Shown here piece by piece: positions 9,458 through 18,757 of a stretch of DNA of 64,000 nucleotides (within the stretch, counting starts at the first letter, position 1; the number at the start of each line of letters is the position of its first letter). The stretch comes from Candidatus Dadabacteria bacterium (GTDB lineage Bacteria; Desulfobacterota_D; UBA1144; Nemesobacterales; CSP1-2). Under the pieces are notes generated by a model, which ran no database searches, was not told the origin of the DNA, and saw only the letters and a list, made by a program, of their open reading frames with translations. Made by a program: the position numbers and the translations under genes. The stretch covers positions 96,001 to 160,000 of the forward strand of contig CAWDVW010000006.1 in the NCBI GenBank assembly GCA_963805855.1, written 5' to 3'.

Positions 9458-11455
9458 ATGAAAACGCAAGAACTCAAGCCACGGTATCTAACTAAAACTC
9501 TTTTCAAGTTAGCGCACGAATGCCCCACAAAGCTGTACTATTATAATAAAGAAGAGTACCCAAGTACCAAAGAAGAGGATGAGTTCTTAGAAGCATTGGC
9601 CGAGGGTGGCTTCCAGGTCGGTGCCCTGGCCAAGTGCTATTATCCAGAAGGAATCGAAATCACGGCTCTGGACCACCAAGAAGCAATTCAATTGACAAAT
9701 GAATTATTAAAAAGGGATAACGTTACGATTTTTGAGGCGGCAATTTGTTTTGAAGATTTCTTCATCAGGGTAGATATACTAAAGAAAGTAAACGATCATC
9801 TTGACCTGATTGAGGTGAAATCGAAATCGTTTCATCCCGACAAGGATGACTTTCTAACCAATTCCGGGTCTATAGATTCAAAATGGGATCCTTACCTGTA
9901 TGATGTAGCTTTCCAGACATGCATCCTGGAAAAAGCATTTCCACACTTCCAAATCTCCCCTTATCTTATGGTGGCAGATAAGTCCAAGACTACGTCGGTG
10001 GATGGGCTCAATCAGAAGTTCAGATTGGCAAAAAAAGACGGGCGAACAACCGTTGTAACTGTTGGTGATGTCAGTCCTCAAGCACTTGGGACTCAAATTC
10101 TCACAGTGGTTCCTGTGAGTGAGTACGTCAATATAATACTGACGGGTAGTGAACAAGAACAGAACAAATCTTCTGAAACATCTGAGGGATTCTTACAGCA
10201 GATTCGTGAATATGCTCGATACTATAAGCAGGATTCGCGTTATCCGATTTCTATTGCGCAAAAATGTAAGAACTGCGAGTTCAGGATCGATCCTGACACA
10301 TTAAGAAAAGGCCAAAAGAGTGGCTTCAGGGAGTGTTGGAAAGCGCAACTGGGCTGGAAGGACGAAGATTTCGATAAGCCCCACGTTTTCGACGTCTGGA
10401 TGCTTCGTGCTCAGCAATATATGGACAGGGGTATCTATTTAATGAAAGACATCCCGCTTGATGAATTTGTTAAGATAGAACAGAAGAGCGACAAACCAGT
10501 TTTCAAGAGTCCTACCGCCGAAAGGCAGCATCTTCAGGTTGTAAAGGCGTGTGAGAATATTGATGGCAAAGAAGATGTAAAGCCAGATTTATTTGATGAA
10601 ATGGGAAAATGGACATTCCCGCTACATTTCATCGATTTTGAAACCAGCATGGTGGCAATTCCTTTCAACAAAGGGCAAAGACCTTATGAATTGATTGCCT
10701 TTCAATTTTCCTGCCACAGTGTTCACGAAGATGGTCTGATTGAACATCATGAGTGGATTCATAAGCGACCCGGGAGTTTTCCTAATTTTGATTTTCTGGT
10801 TGCTTTGAAGAACTGTCTGGAAATGGATGCGGGTACAATTTTCAGATATGCCGCACACGAAAATACTGTGCTCCGCCAAATTCATACTCAATTAAAGGGA
10901 GCACTTGATTTCGGGGAAGAATTTATACCTACCGATCCAGAAGACCTTTTAATTTGGATTGACACAATAACAGTCTCGAATAGAAAATATGGCGATCGCA
11001 ACATGGTGGACATGCTTGAACTTGTGAGGAAGTACTACTATCATCCCATGATGGGTGGATCAAATTCAATAAAAGCAGTTTTGTCCGCGGTTATTTCTGC
11101 AAGCGACTTCTTAAAGGACAAATATTCAAAGGCCTATAACAGCAAGAATTTCAAAAACATGGTTTGGTGGAAAGCAGACCACGATGGTGGATCTCCGTTT
11201 GATCCTTATAGCCTCTTGCCTCCTCTTTTTGAAGATGTTGACATTTCGAAGGACGAATTACTTTTGGAAAACGAGCATATTAGTGAGGGCGGCGCAGCCA
11301 TGATAGCCTATGCTAAAATGCAGTTCTCAGAAATGACAGACGAAGAAAGGAATGCAATCATCCGTGGTTTACTCAAGTATTGTGAATTGGATACACTGGC
11401 TATGGTCATGATTTATGAGCACTGGAATTTTTTGAAGGACATGGATTCAAAATAG
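9458..11455 (+). CDS. DUF2779-type protein (PD-(D/E)XK nuclease plus RNase H/DEDD-like domain)
   Basis: RVDIL...LIEVKS PD-(D/E)XK motif; CP...CKNC...C cysteines; FIDFET and KYCELDTLAM acidic motifs; GSNSIKAVL. Confidence 0.82.
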   Translation: MKTQELKPRYLTKTLFKLAHECPTKLYYYNKEEYPSTKEEDEFLEALAEGGFQVGALAKCYYPEGIEITALDHQEAIQLTNELLKRDNVTIFEAAICFEDFFIRVDILKKVNDHLDLIEVKSKSFHPDKDDFLTNSGSIDSKWDPYLYDVAFQTCILEKAFPHFQISPYLMVADKSKTTSVDGLNQKFRLAKKDGRTTVVTVGDVSPQALGTQILTVVPVSEYVNIILTGSEQEQNKSSETSEGFLQQIREYARYYKQDSRYPISIAQKCKNCEFRIDPDTLRKGQKSGFRECWKAQLGWKDEDFDKPHVFDVWMLRAQQYMDRGIYLMKDIPLDEFVKIEQKSDKPVFKSPTAERQHLQVVKACENIDGKEDVKPDLFDEMGKWTFPLHFIDFETSMVAIPFNKGQRPYELIAFQFSCHSVHEDGLIEHHEWIHKRPGSFPNFDFLVALKNCLEMDAGTIFRYAAHENTVLRQIHTQLKGALDFGEEFIPTDPEDLLIWIDTITVSNRKYGDRNMVDMLELVRKYYYHPMMGGSNSIKAVLSAVISASDFLKDKYSKAYNSKNFKNMVWWKADHDGGSPFDPYSLLPPLFEDVDISKDELLLENEHISEGGAAMIAYAKMQFSEMTDEERNAIIRGLLKYCELDTLAMVMIYEHWNFLKDMDSK

Positions 11456-11564
11456 AAAAGGCCCGCTACCTATGGTTGAGATTCACGAGCATTTATTGGG
11501 AAAATTAAATTAGGATAAAAGTCTAAGGGATTAGCAAAGCTAAATTATATTCGGATTATATAAA

Positions 11565-11822
11565 ATGCTGTGGCAAGACGCTGTAATCGTGGTTGCTAAC
11601 ATAATATTCTTTATTTCATTAGTTCCACAGGTGTATTATGGATTCAAAGAGAAAAAAGGGTTTATAACATTAGCAACGTCCGGGCCTATTTTTGTCGGAC
11701 TTTATGCAATATCAATATCTTTTTATACACTAAATTTATATTTTTCATCGATAATTTTGTTTGTAACGGGAACTCTCTGGTTAATTCTGTTTATTCAAAG
11801 GTTAATGTATAGACGAGCTTAG
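11565..11822 (+). CDS. Small 3-TM PQ-loop/SemiSWEET-like membrane protein
   Basis: 85 aa, three hydrophobic helices, SLVPQV PQ motif. Confidence 0.6.
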   Translation: MLWQDAVIVVANIIFFISLVPQVYYGFKEKKGFITLATSGPIFVGLYAISISFYTLNLYFSSIILFVTGTLWLILFIQRLMYRRA

Positions 11823-11830
11823 ATCTGATA

Positions 11831-11899
11831 GATGCAAGATGCAGGGTTCACGATGCATGATGCAGGATGCATGATGCAGGATGGTAAAGCCAGTTCGAC
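11831..11899 (+). repeat. Heptamer (GATGCAN) tandem-repeat element, copy 2
   Basis: Same element as 8783 with two extra heptamers and the same GTAAAGCC-RGTTYGAC tail. Confidence 0.8.
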
Positions 11900-12163
11900 C
11901 AAAATAACAGGGGGCGCAACACCTTCTTTAAGCGTGCTCTATACTCGTTACGCCAGCTGAGATAGAAAATACCATTTGCGTCTTCGCCGGGTGGCATGGC
12001 GTGGCAGGTCAGCAATTACTGTTATTGCAACACTGGGTATATGCATAAAATCTGACATGATAAACAACATTAAAATGTGCGTCCCCTTTAATTCACAATA
12101 TGAAATTGGTCTAAGTCAAACTAGTCAACAAAAGATTTGACCCCTAAAAAAAAAATATAATTA

Positions 12164-12622
12164 TTACAGAGTCAATTCAGGCTTTTTTGTCTTTATGAAT
12201 GTTTCTGAAGAATCCTTCACTACAGGAACAGCCCCCAGGACCTGGACATATTTTGTTTGGTAACTCAATGCTCCCATCCCAATAGGCATTCCACTCTTAA
12301 GATATGTGCTCTTGCTGCGGGGAGGAATTGTGATGGGGAGGACAGCAGTTGTACTGCTTACCTGTTCGCCAGCATTGTTATATGAAGTGGAGTAATAGTT
12401 GAGCTTTATTTCGATGTCTTTATAAGCTATGTCCGCTGTGTTCTCAATCGTAATATTACTTATCATAGCTACCCTCAACGCTGCAAAATAAGACCAGTCG
12501 GTGACTTTAATGTACCACTCAGGATGCTGAATCATTGAAATGGTAGGTTCCAATTCTTGAGCTCTGGCAAGTGGAGAAAATAGAAGCAATAAGATGAATA
12601 GTTTTGTGGTTATATGGCTCAT
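12164..12622 (-). CDS. Secreted hypothetical protein (Ig-like beta sandwich)
   Basis: Signal peptide ending ARA; ITIENTADIAYKDIEIKLNYY beta-strand pattern. Confidence 0.7.
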   Translation of the reverse strand: MSHITTKLFILLLLFSPLARAQELEPTISMIQHPEWYIKVTDWSYFAALRVAMISNITIENTADIAYKDIEIKLNYYSTSYNNAGEQVSSTTAVLPITIPPRSKSTYLKSGMPIGMGALSYQTKYVQVLGAVPVVKDSSETFIKTKKPELTL

Positions 12623-12882
12623 GTTTGTATTCGAAGGTTTGGATGTATTAATTACTAGTATTATACACTAGCCTAGACTCTATCTTTAACATTTGTCAAC
12701 TTTCCTTCTTGACTCCGTGAGATTTCTTCATTATTTACTACCTTGTTATCGGCTTGGTTTTTAATGACGAGCATTATAAGAAGTAGGGCGTTTTGGCAAA
12801 AATAACCTAGTCAGCAGGTTCAGATGAAGAAGTCACGAGATTAAACTGGGGGCTTACAATTCGAGGTCTGAAAAGTATAATT

Positions 12883-13233
12883 TTGCTTATGCATACCATC
12901 AACCGCTCAATTGCAATAATAAAACCAAAGCAACCGTTTGTTGATTGGGCAAATCAATTGCCCGATGCCGAATGGAAAGCCTTATTAGATGATTTCAAGA
13001 CTGATTGTCTTGCCATATTAATACCTGAGTATGAAACAGATGAAGAGGCTAAGGGATACATTAATGAGATATATGAGGATATTTTCATCGAAATCCTTTT
13101 TGGATGGTGTACTGAAGAATCGTGGTTTCCACAGGATAGGACCGATGAAATGTTCTGGCGATGGTTTGAGGTAGAGTTGCATTCAATTGTTATGGATTCA
13201 TGTATGGAACCGATAGAGAAAGGAGAGCCGTAG
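12883..13233 (+). CDS. Conserved hypothetical acidic protein
   Basis: INRSIAIIKPKQPFVDW...FWRWFEVE pattern of a widespread uncharacterised family; start may be ATG 12889. Confidence 0.75.
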   Translation: MLMHTINRSIAIIKPKQPFVDWANQLPDAEWKALLDDFKTDCLAILIPEYETDEEAKGYINEIYEDIFIEILFGWCTEESWFPQDRTDEMFWRWFEVELHSIVMDSCMEPIEKGEP

Positions 13234-13316
13234 ACATAATACTTTTTAGGTTTTTAAGAAGGTCTGTGTTATTTTGATATAGTATGTCTGCTGTAAAGTT
13301 AAAGGGGGTTAGCCAA

Positions 13317-14696
13317 ATGAGTTTATTGAAATTACTATTAATATTGTTTTTGGTACCTTTCTCCACGATTTCGTATGGGTCTAACGATTCAGAGAAGGAG
13401 GCAGGCGTTAAGAAGACTGAGACAGTTAGGGAGGAAGTTACTGAGGATATACCTCCCGAAGGCGACACATTATCACAGACCGGAAGTGATTCAAGAGAAT
13501 TAAGAAAAACCGATAATGAGTTTACCCCTCTAGTAATGTCCGTCCTTTCGACTCCCGTTCCAGTCAAGGGATCTGATGATCGTATTCACCTGGTTTATGA
13601 GCTCTTGGTTATTAATGCTTATAAATTAGATTTTGAAATAGTATCCGTTGAAGTACTTGATGGAGATCGGAATGAGAAGGTGCTTAATTCTTTCTCAGGC
13701 CAAGAGGTCTCAAATAATATGCAACTCGTTGGTACTAGAGCCCCGATCAACTCTTTGCAACCCGGACAGGCTGGAATAATTTTCATGACCTTTGCAGTAG
13801 ATAGTGTAAATGATACTCCTACTAATCTCATACATAGAGTAGCTGTCACAGTTCCAGGAGGTATTCCATCCAAATTGGCTGGATTTCTTGAATTAACCCC
13901 GGGCCAAGAGAAGATTATTGAGACAGGGGCTTTAACGAAAGTAGGAAGTCCCGATGCGGTGGTGTTGGGACCACCACTCGAAGGCTCGGGCTGGGTGGTA
14001 GTAAACGGTTGCTGTGATTCTAAAACACACATCAGATCGTTACAGCCAGTAAATGGAAAGCTTTATCTTGCACAACGCTTTGCGATAGACTGGATGAAAA
14101 TCAATAAAGAGAACCGACTTTTTGTGGGCAATCCTAAAGACGTTAATAGCTATTTCGGCTACGGTCAAAATGTATTGGCCGTTGGTGATGCCAGGGTTAC
14201 AGCGGTAGTTGATCAGTTCAAGAACCAAATTCCAGGTGAATTGCCCACTGAAATTACTCTAGAGGAAATAGATGGTAACCATGTTGTTCTTGATTTGGGC
14301 AATAATCAATACGTTTTTTATGCCCACCTCCAGCCAAATAGCGTCAAGGTGAAGGAAGGTGATTTTGTTAAAAGAGGACAGGTTATAGGTCTGCTTGGCA
14401 ATTCGGGAAACACCTCAGCTCCCCATATGCACCTGCATGTTATGGCCTCACCATCTACGCTTGGCTCAAATGGTCTCCCATATGTTTTTGATCGATTTGA
14501 CCTATTGGGTAGAACCACAGATGAATCCTTTTTTGACGAAGGACTTGAGGACCCGACGCCCATCGAAGGAATTGATAAGGCCGAAATAATTGAAGGGAAT
14601 CCAATACAGGTAGAACCAGTCGATAAACCAGGACTTCACAGCGATGAATTGCCTCTAGATTTAAGAATTGTGGAGTTTTCTTCAGGAAGCAAATAA
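13317..14696 (+). CDS. Secreted M23 family metallopeptidase
   Basis: Signal peptide; QRFAIDW, FYAHLQ, GLLGNSGNTSAPHMHLH (M23 HxH motif). Confidence 0.88.
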   Translation: MSLLKLLLILFLVPFSTISYGSNDSEKEAGVKKTETVREEVTEDIPPEGDTLSQTGSDSRELRKTDNEFTPLVMSVLSTPVPVKGSDDRIHLVYELLVINAYKLDFEIVSVEVLDGDRNEKVLNSFSGQEVSNNMQLVGTRAPINSLQPGQAGIIFMTFAVDSVNDTPTNLIHRVAVTVPGGIPSKLAGFLELTPGQEKIIETGALTKVGSPDAVVLGPPLEGSGWVVVNGCCDSKTHIRSLQPVNGKLYLAQRFAIDWMKINKENRLFVGNPKDVNSYFGYGQNVLAVGDARVTAVVDQFKNQIPGELPTEITLEEIDGNHVVLDLGNNQYVFYAHLQPNSVKVKEGDFVKRGQVIGLLGNSGNTSAPHMHLHVMASPSTLGSNGLPYVFDRFDLLGRTTDESFFDEGLEDPTPIEGIDKAEIIEGNPIQVEPVDKPGLHSDELPLDLRIVEFSSGSK

Positions 14697-14746
14697 CAAA
14701 CCTCCTCCATTCATTTCGTTTCCGACGGATGCGAGGAATCATAGGT

Positions 14747-15194
14747 TTTAACTAGGGAATTTCCTGTGGCTTGCTACAGGGTTTCCCCCTCCTGTCATTG
14801 CTGTAGATGTTAGATATTTCGTGGACAAAATCCCAAAACAAAATAAATTTCCTGGAACTTTACTCATCCGTCATCCTCGCATGTTCCCCGCCGGCTACAC
14901 GCGGGGACAAGCTTTATCGGGGGTCCATTGTTTAATCTTTTATTTTCTTTGTCTTGACACAAAGAAACAAAAATCAAGGGCTTACAAAAAACGCTTGCGT
15001 ATCGAGCGAATGCGAGATATCTATTGCTATAATTAATTAGTTCTCTCAGTCTGGAGAAGCTTTGTTCCTTCGAGATGACAGTAATGATTGTCACTTTTTT
15101 TAACGCTTCCGGAATTGATTTTGGCAATTTTTTGAATGCCCATTTAGGATCTAAGAAGCTGTCCCCGAATTATGCAACATCTACAGCTATGACA
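14747..15194. mobile_element. Nested non-autonomous element (MITE-like), copy A
   Basis: TIRs TGTAGATGTTAGATATTTCG (14802) and ...CAACATCTACA (15185); the core is near-identical to those at about 52203-52578 and 58380-58627. Confidence 0.8.
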
Positions 15195-15530
15195 CCTGTT
15201 CGGTTTCCGAGAAAAATAAGTGGGGAAGCTACCCTTTGTTGTATCGAGTCTAATTGACGGGTTGAAGCATTTTCGGTCGAATTTTTTTTAACTTCCACCG
15301 GCTTCGTACAGCCACTTCGGCTTGCACCTTCGATTTAACTCAGTACGGGTTCAGTGTTAAGGGTTTTATACCGTCCCAATCCGATAGTATAAGTTCGGGG
15401 TGGGGATCGCGAGTCGCGCTATAATTACGTATACTTCCAGGTAAATTAACTTACTTGTATGTCTTAATTATTGGATAAGTGGTGGGCGTTAACATAATTT
15501 AACTACGACATGATTAAAAGGGGGTAATTC

Positions 15531-16442
15531 ATGAGAGTCCTAATTTCGATCCTATTCTTATGTATCTTTGCCCTTTTCGCTTCTGCTCAAGAGGGTTTTC
15601 TTAAAGACTACATTTCATCTGGAAAACCATTCACGGTTGTGTTCGGATCTTATGGTTTTACGGATTTTAAGTGGATTGGAAGATGTGATCCTGATATAGC
15701 CAGTACCCTTTGCGGTAAAACTTACACAGGGAGATACCTTCCTGAAATCCAGGCGTGGGAATTCAGTACATTTAATGAATTAACCAAGAGAACCGAAATA
15801 CTGACATCAAAGGATTTGGCTAGAGGAAATCCAAATAACTATAATTTGGTCATTTGGGACGAGGACTTTTCTTTTGATGAAAAGGGTGGGGTATCCCACC
15901 CTGGCGATGGAAATGTTGCAAACCTGTACCCGATTGATTACACCCCATCGGAGTACTACATCATAGAATCAAAAAGGGGTTCAACTGAACTTATAATTGA
16001 GGGATATCGACTTATACAGAGTCAGGAATACGAAAAGGCGGTCGATAGCTTAGATAAATCCATAGAACTGAGCCCCAAATCCCCTCTTTCTTATTACTAC
16101 AGAGGCTATGCCTATCTGAAAAAAGAGGATTACGATAGGGCCATACTAGACCTTGAACAATCGATAAGCCTTGACCCAAATCTGTCAGACGCTTATTCGA
16201 GCCTGGCAGTTGCGCAAGTGAAGCTGAAGGACTATGAAGGTGCTATTCGAGCTGCAACAAAGGCCATAATACTGAACCCAAAAGACGCGTACAGTTACTA
16301 CAACAGGGGTCTTGCCTACTATTACTTGAAGGAATATGAGAAAGCGTATGGAGATTTTGATGAAGCCTTGAGCCTGGATCCAACAAATCAAGAAGCGAGG
16401 ACGAACAGGGATCTGCTGTTAAAGAAACTGGGAAAACAATAA
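15531..16442 (+). CDS. Secreted protein with C-terminal TPR repeats
   Basis: Signal peptide; about four TPR repeats (YYYRGYAY, YYNRGLAYY). Confidence 0.85.
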   Translation: MRVLISILFLCIFALFASAQEGFLKDYISSGKPFTVVFGSYGFTDFKWIGRCDPDIASTLCGKTYTGRYLPEIQAWEFSTFNELTKRTEILTSKDLARGNPNNYNLVIWDEDFSFDEKGGVSHPGDGNVANLYPIDYTPSEYYIIESKRGSTELIIEGYRLIQSQEYEKAVDSLDKSIELSPKSPLSYYYRGYAYLKKEDYDRAILDLEQSISLDPNLSDAYSSLAVAQVKLKDYEGAIRAATKAIILNPKDAYSYYNRGLAYYYLKEYEKAYGDFDEALSLDPTNQEARTNRDLLLKKLGKQ

Positions 16443-16514
16443 AATAAAGGGCGAAAAAAATGCGTCCCCTTTATGATAAGCGTGACACTCTCCTTTTTCC
16501 CGTAAAAGTTTATG

Positions 16515-17912
16515 CTAACAAACCCCGCGTGTCTTTCTTTCGTGCGCTTTTGCAAATACAGCTTTAGGGGCCTTCTCGAAGTTCTCGATTGCTCGTTCAA
16601 TGTCATTAATTAACATATCACTCATGTCCTCGGTGAAGTCCTCACGTACCACCACCCTGAGTACAGATATGTTCTCGGCATTTGGTGCCAGCGTGTAAGC
16701 AGGTACTATCCATCCCCTTTCTCGCAGTTTATCGGAGATGTCAAAAACAGTGTAACGCGAATTGTCTCGTAACGTGAATGCTACTACAGGAAGGTGACCC
16801 AGTTTACTGAGGGTCTCAAACCTTCCGCTTTCCTCCAAACGTTTGGTTAGGACCTGAGCCCGTTTCTGAAGGGAATTCATTACCCTCTCATATCCTTCGC
16901 GACCAAGATTCAGGAAGTTGTAATATTGGGCTATTATCTGGTTGGCACCCCTTGAAAAATTTAAGTTGAAGGTCGGCTGGTCTCCGCCGAGGTAGTTAAC
17001 GTGGAAAATCAGTTCTTCCGGCAATTCAGACTCATCCCGCCAGATCACCCATCCAACCCCTGGATAAACCAATCCGTATTTATGGCCGCTCACATTTATC
17101 GATTTTACAAGAGGTAGTCTGAAATCCCATTTTAATTTTGGTGATGTGAATGGAGCAACGAACCCACCAGACGCCGCATCGACATGAATGGGTACTTCCC
17201 AGCCAGTCTTATCATTCAGATCCATCAGCGCATTATTTAATTGCTCAATTGGCTCATACTCACCTGTATATGTGCTCCCAAGTATGCCTACTACGGCGAT
17301 TGTGTTTTCGTCTACAAGCTCCATTGCTTCAGGCACACCAATCACATAGCGATTTTCGGTTAACTTTACAGATCTAGGTTCAACCTCGAAATAACGAGCA
17401 AACTTTTCCCAGCAGACCTGGACGTTTTCACCCATTACTATGTTCGGTTTATCTGAAGGTTCTCCTGCGGCTGTACGGCGTTTGCGCCAATTCCACTTTA
17501 ATGCCAGTCCCGCGAGGTGTATCGCCTCCGAAGAGCCAACTGTTCCGGTTCCAACACACGTGTAGCGTTCATGCGCATTAAACAAATGTGCCAACATATT
17601 AACACAACGGTTTTGAATTTCGGTTGTTTGAGGATACTCATCCTGGTCAATGTAATTTTTGTTCAGGGTTTCTGACATAAGCCGCTCAATTTGGGGTTCC
17701 ATCCATGTCGTAACAAATGACGCGAGGTTCAGGGCTGGATTGCCGTCCAGGTTTAGCTCACGGCGAATTAATTCGTATGCGACGTCGCTGTTGACACTTT
17801 TCTCCGGGAAAGAATATTTAGGGATTGGTTCGTTTAGAATATTTGAAAATCTTGGTAGTACCTGACTTTCTTGCGATTTCCTGTCTTTATCTTGTACTCT
17901 CTTAGATAACAT
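16515..17912 (-). CDS. gadB: Glutamate decarboxylase (PLP-dependent)
   Basis: NLASFVTTWME, IHVDAASGGF, INVSGHKYG (PLP Lys), FNLNFSR. Confidence 0.93.
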   Translation of the reverse strand: MLSKRVQDKDRKSQESQVLPRFSNILNEPIPKYSFPEKSVNSDVAYELIRRELNLDGNPALNLASFVTTWMEPQIERLMSETLNKNYIDQDEYPQTTEIQNRCVNMLAHLFNAHERYTCVGTGTVGSSEAIHLAGLALKWNWRKRRTAAGEPSDKPNIVMGENVQVCWEKFARYFEVEPRSVKLTENRYVIGVPEAMELVDENTIAVVGILGSTYTGEYEPIEQLNNALMDLNDKTGWEVPIHVDAASGGFVAPFTSPKLKWDFRLPLVKSINVSGHKYGLVYPGVGWVIWRDESELPEELIFHVNYLGGDQPTFNLNFSRGANQIIAQYYNFLNLGREGYERVMNSLQKRAQVLTKRLEESGRFETLSKLGHLPVVAFTLRDNSRYTVFDISDKLRERGWIVPAYTLAPNAENISVLRVVVREDFTEDMSDMLINDIERAIENFEKAPKAVFAKAHERKTRGVC

Positions 17913-18178
17913 TGGTGATTCCTCCTTTTAGTGTTGTTAAAATCTACGTTTATTACTCCTCGGAACTCGAATGCGCCATAAATAAGGGACGCAAGCCCTT
18001 TATTGTAGGTAGCGACCGCTAATCCTTTATCGTTATCCAATGTCAGTTATTAGGATACAACCAATAATACAGTAAAGCGTTAATAGCTAAAACAGAAAAA
18101 CTTTTGCATTATCTTTCACACTCTGGAATACGGAATAGTTTTAAATGGAGAGAGGAGGAGACATTCCACTTATCTTAT

Positions 18179-18472
18179 TTATTCACTTTTTTCTTCATTT
18201 ACTTTCCAACAGAACTTAGTAAAGCATTTTTCGTTGCAGGCGGTATATTGATCATCACACCTGGCTATTTGATCTGTATCGGTACCGGCGCCTGCATAAC
18301 AGGAATTATTCTGTTTGCCGCATGAACCAATGCACTCTTCGTATTTGGGGCTACATTCGGCCCCTGTTTGACTCAATACCATTTCTTCGGGGACTCCGAT
18401 TGCGAAGACCGCTGATAAGATCAGAATGAATTTCACTCTTTGACAAAATTTAATGCTATTCTCACTCCACAT
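18179..18472 (-). CDS. Small secreted Cys-rich protein
   Basis: Hydrophobic segment, then two C-x6-C-x3-C blocks (8 Cys in the mature part); start uncertain. Confidence 0.55.
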   Translation of the reverse strand: MWSENSIKFCQRVKFILILSAVFAIGVPEEMVLSQTGAECSPKYEECIGSCGKQNNSCYAGAGTDTDQIARCDDQYTACNEKCFTKFCWKVNEEKSE

Positions 18473-18741
18473 AGCGATAGGTTTTGCCACAGTCTATGAT
18501 TATCTCGGAAAAATCCTCCGAATCATCGGCACAAGCGGGCTCGGTAGTTTTCAATATCCTACCGAGTTCGGATCCTGATAACAAGTGGTAATGCCCTTTA
18601 GCTGTAAATCTTGTTTATTCTTCCGTAAACTTTGTTGACGATCGTAAGGGGACTGCGGGCTCACTATAAATGCGCGCCAGGAGATTAAAAACACCCAAAT
18701 TGCTAACGTTTATAGATAGTTATCAAATTATTTCGAAATCA

Positions 18742-18757
18742 TGGCATACTGCTTGCA
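18742..18757 (+). promoter_or_regulatory. Sigma-54 (-24/-12) promoter
   Basis: TGGCAT-ACTGC-TTGCA matches the TGGCAC-N5-TTGC consensus with exact spacing. Confidence 0.65.

Noticed and set aside
14821-15257. Short ORFs 14821-15036, 14864-15127, 15075-15257 and their look-alikes at 52468-52716 and 58276-58488
   Set aside because: They lie inside the repeated element, and starts, stops and frames differ between copies, so the similarity reflects the DNA repeat rather than protein conservation.
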